Shown here in pieces: positions 59,640 through 64,000 of a stretch of 64,000 bases of DNA; position 1 is the stretch's first letter; every line of letters begins with the position of its first letter. The DNA comes from the human T2T-CHM13v2.0 reference genome, Homo sapiens. The notes under the pieces are model-generated. The model saw only the letters and a program-made list of their open reading frames with translations. It was not told the origin of the DNA and ran no database searches. The DNA is taken from the NCBI RefSeq assembly GCF_009914755.1, contig NC_060935.1; one strand, 5' to 3'. The position numbers were made by a program, and so were the translations under genes.

Positions 59640-59960
59640 TTTTCATTTATTCATTCAATGAATAGTTATGCAATGTGCTGTGCAAGATACTCAGGAATCG
59701 TAGGTGAATATAATACAAGCCATAACCTAAAGCACACTGAAAAAATAAGGCAAAAATTTCAAAGGTGAAATCTCTCAGGATTTGTGGTCAGAAAAGGCTT
59801 AAGTTGTATCTTAAAAGAAATATGTCAGTAGGCAGGTATTGGGTAAGGACACAGCAGTCAGTGGAATTTTCATGTGCAAAGGTATGAAGGTATAAAAAGC
59901 ATGGTAGATTTGGAAAATTGCAAAGGTTAGGAATTGAAGGGAAGGTAAGAATAGGTGAAG
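59640..59960 (-). mobile_element. L2 3' fragment
   Basis: ttcatttattcattcaa..tgtgctgtgc..catgtgcaaaggtatgaagg. Confidence 0.55.
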
Positions 59961-60967
59961 ACAGAGCAGAAAGCTGAGCAGATGAAGGAGGATCCTCAAA
60001 GATAGACAAATGTGTGTGTGTTTTTGTTTGTTTATTTTTTGGTGAGACATTATCTCACCCCTGGTGCAGCCAGTCACTTCTTCCTGTACTTGCGAAACAC
60101 TTGGAGCATATTTCTCTTTAACATATGTGATATTCATGGATCTGTCTCCTCTACTTTACTATGAGTTCCTAGAGGATAGCTCTGCTATCATCTGTGCTCA
60201 CCATGCTTGGCACTTATTAGGGCATTAGAAAATTAGAGTTTGTGCAAGAATGAATGAACAAATGAGAATGAAAGAAATAACCTACATACTCTGCCACTGA
60301 ACGGGTTCAGAAAACATTCTTTATCAAAGACCTATGAGACATCCTTATAAAGCCACATTAGAAATACATATTTATCTCTCTACTGAAGCAATGTCATGTG
60401 TATAATCTTCTTATGAGCTTGACTTATTAATTTCAATTGTCTTTATGATCAATACTGATTTCATGGTCTCATTATCCCTGGAGTAATCTGCATGGATGGC
60501 TGAGATAGTTGAAATGAATGAATCAACTGTGCTGCAGCCTTCTTAATTTTGTGGCAAAATTGGCCTTAAAATTGTAGTGCTGAAAAAAAATCCTTTGTTT
60601 AAGCAAAGCTAGAAATCTTTATAGTTTTGTGAGCTATCCACTTTTGGCCATAAATTGATGCTGTATTTTCTAATGAGTATTTTCATTTGTGCCAGAGCTC
60701 ATTAAATCCTATTACCTTCATGATCATTTACAGAGGTTTAAATAGTCCAATATCCCACCTTTATTTATGAAAAGCATATGTTTTGGCAATTTGTTGTAAT
60801 AATAAACAGTATTTATTTCATTGCTTGTTCACTTTAATAGCAGTAACATAAACATGCAATGGAAGAGGAAGGAAGTCAGGGAAATAAGAACAACTGCTTA
60901 GAAAAATAGAGAACAGAACCAATTCAGAAGAAAACTTGAGATGTTTTGAATTATTAATGAATTAAAA

Positions 60968-61100
60968 TTGAAGTGAACATATCATTAGCCTCCTAAAACA
61001 AGGTACTTTGGAGACTGAAAGGGGCATGGCAAATAATTCTGTCTGGATCACAGGTGATATGTGAACTGTGCCAGTCAGGTAGAGATGGATGATCCCCCTA
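60968..61100 (-). mobile_element. MER94-like hAT MITE
   Basis: gtgaacatatcatt..actttggagactgaaagggg..ataatt..atccccta. Confidence 0.55.
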
Positions 61101-61304
61101 ATTAAAGTACTCTTTTCAAATCCCTTTGTTTCAGATTATTACCACTTCTTATCACTATAATCTAAAGTGCTAATTAGTAGGTCTAGGAATATCTATAGCT
61201 CTTTGATTTTTTAAAGCTCCCTGCAGACACCTTTCTTAGTGGACTTAGTGGACTGACTATTGTAGTCCAACAAGGGAGAAATTATTTTTCAAATTGCTAT
61301 GAAA

Positions 61305-61440
61305 ATATGGGCTATATGAGATGATAGTTATATTAATTTGCTTGATTGTAGTAATGACTTCTTTATGTAAATGTATATAAAGATAAGTATATCAGAACAT
61401 CATGTTGTATACCTTAAATACATACAATACAAAATAAAAA
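61305..61440 (+). mobile_element. Short L1MA-type 3' end
   Basis: taatttgcttgattgtagtaatga..aacatcatgttgtataccttaaatacatacaat plus an A-rich tail. Confidence 0.7.
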
Positions 61441-61454
61441 TAATGGAAGAAAAA

Positions 61455-64000
<2,546 letters not shown>

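Overview
This is AT-rich primate genomic DNA; AluY and an L1PA2-like insert point to human or a great ape. It is dominated by transposable elements, and I found no host protein-coding exon, so it looks like a gene desert or deep intron. It holds three near-full-length degraded L1s (6.1-13.7 kb +, 20.8-27.1 kb +, 49.9-55.9 kb -) and a fourth running off the right edge. There is also a complete but inactivated 8.4 kb HERV-F-like provirus with a tRNA-Phe PBS (32795-41179, probably LTR46 family), a two-LTR MLT1 element, solo LTRs, eight Alus, hAT fossils and MIR/L2/CR1 remnants. Nearly all ORFs in the supplied track are TE fragments or noise. I found no new biological system in the sense of a novel functional gene cluster. 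The best observations are: (1) two head-to-head L1 copies share private inactivating mutations over about 1 kb, suggesting ancient gene conversion; (2) a G-to-A (APOBEC3-like) signature hits catalytic residues throughout the provirus; (3) a tailless 5S rRNA retrocopy sits inside a MER41A LTR inside an L1; (4) an Alu and a full-length L1 share one target-site duplication. Subfamily names come from recalled consensus sequences and need RepeatMasker/Dfam confirmation.
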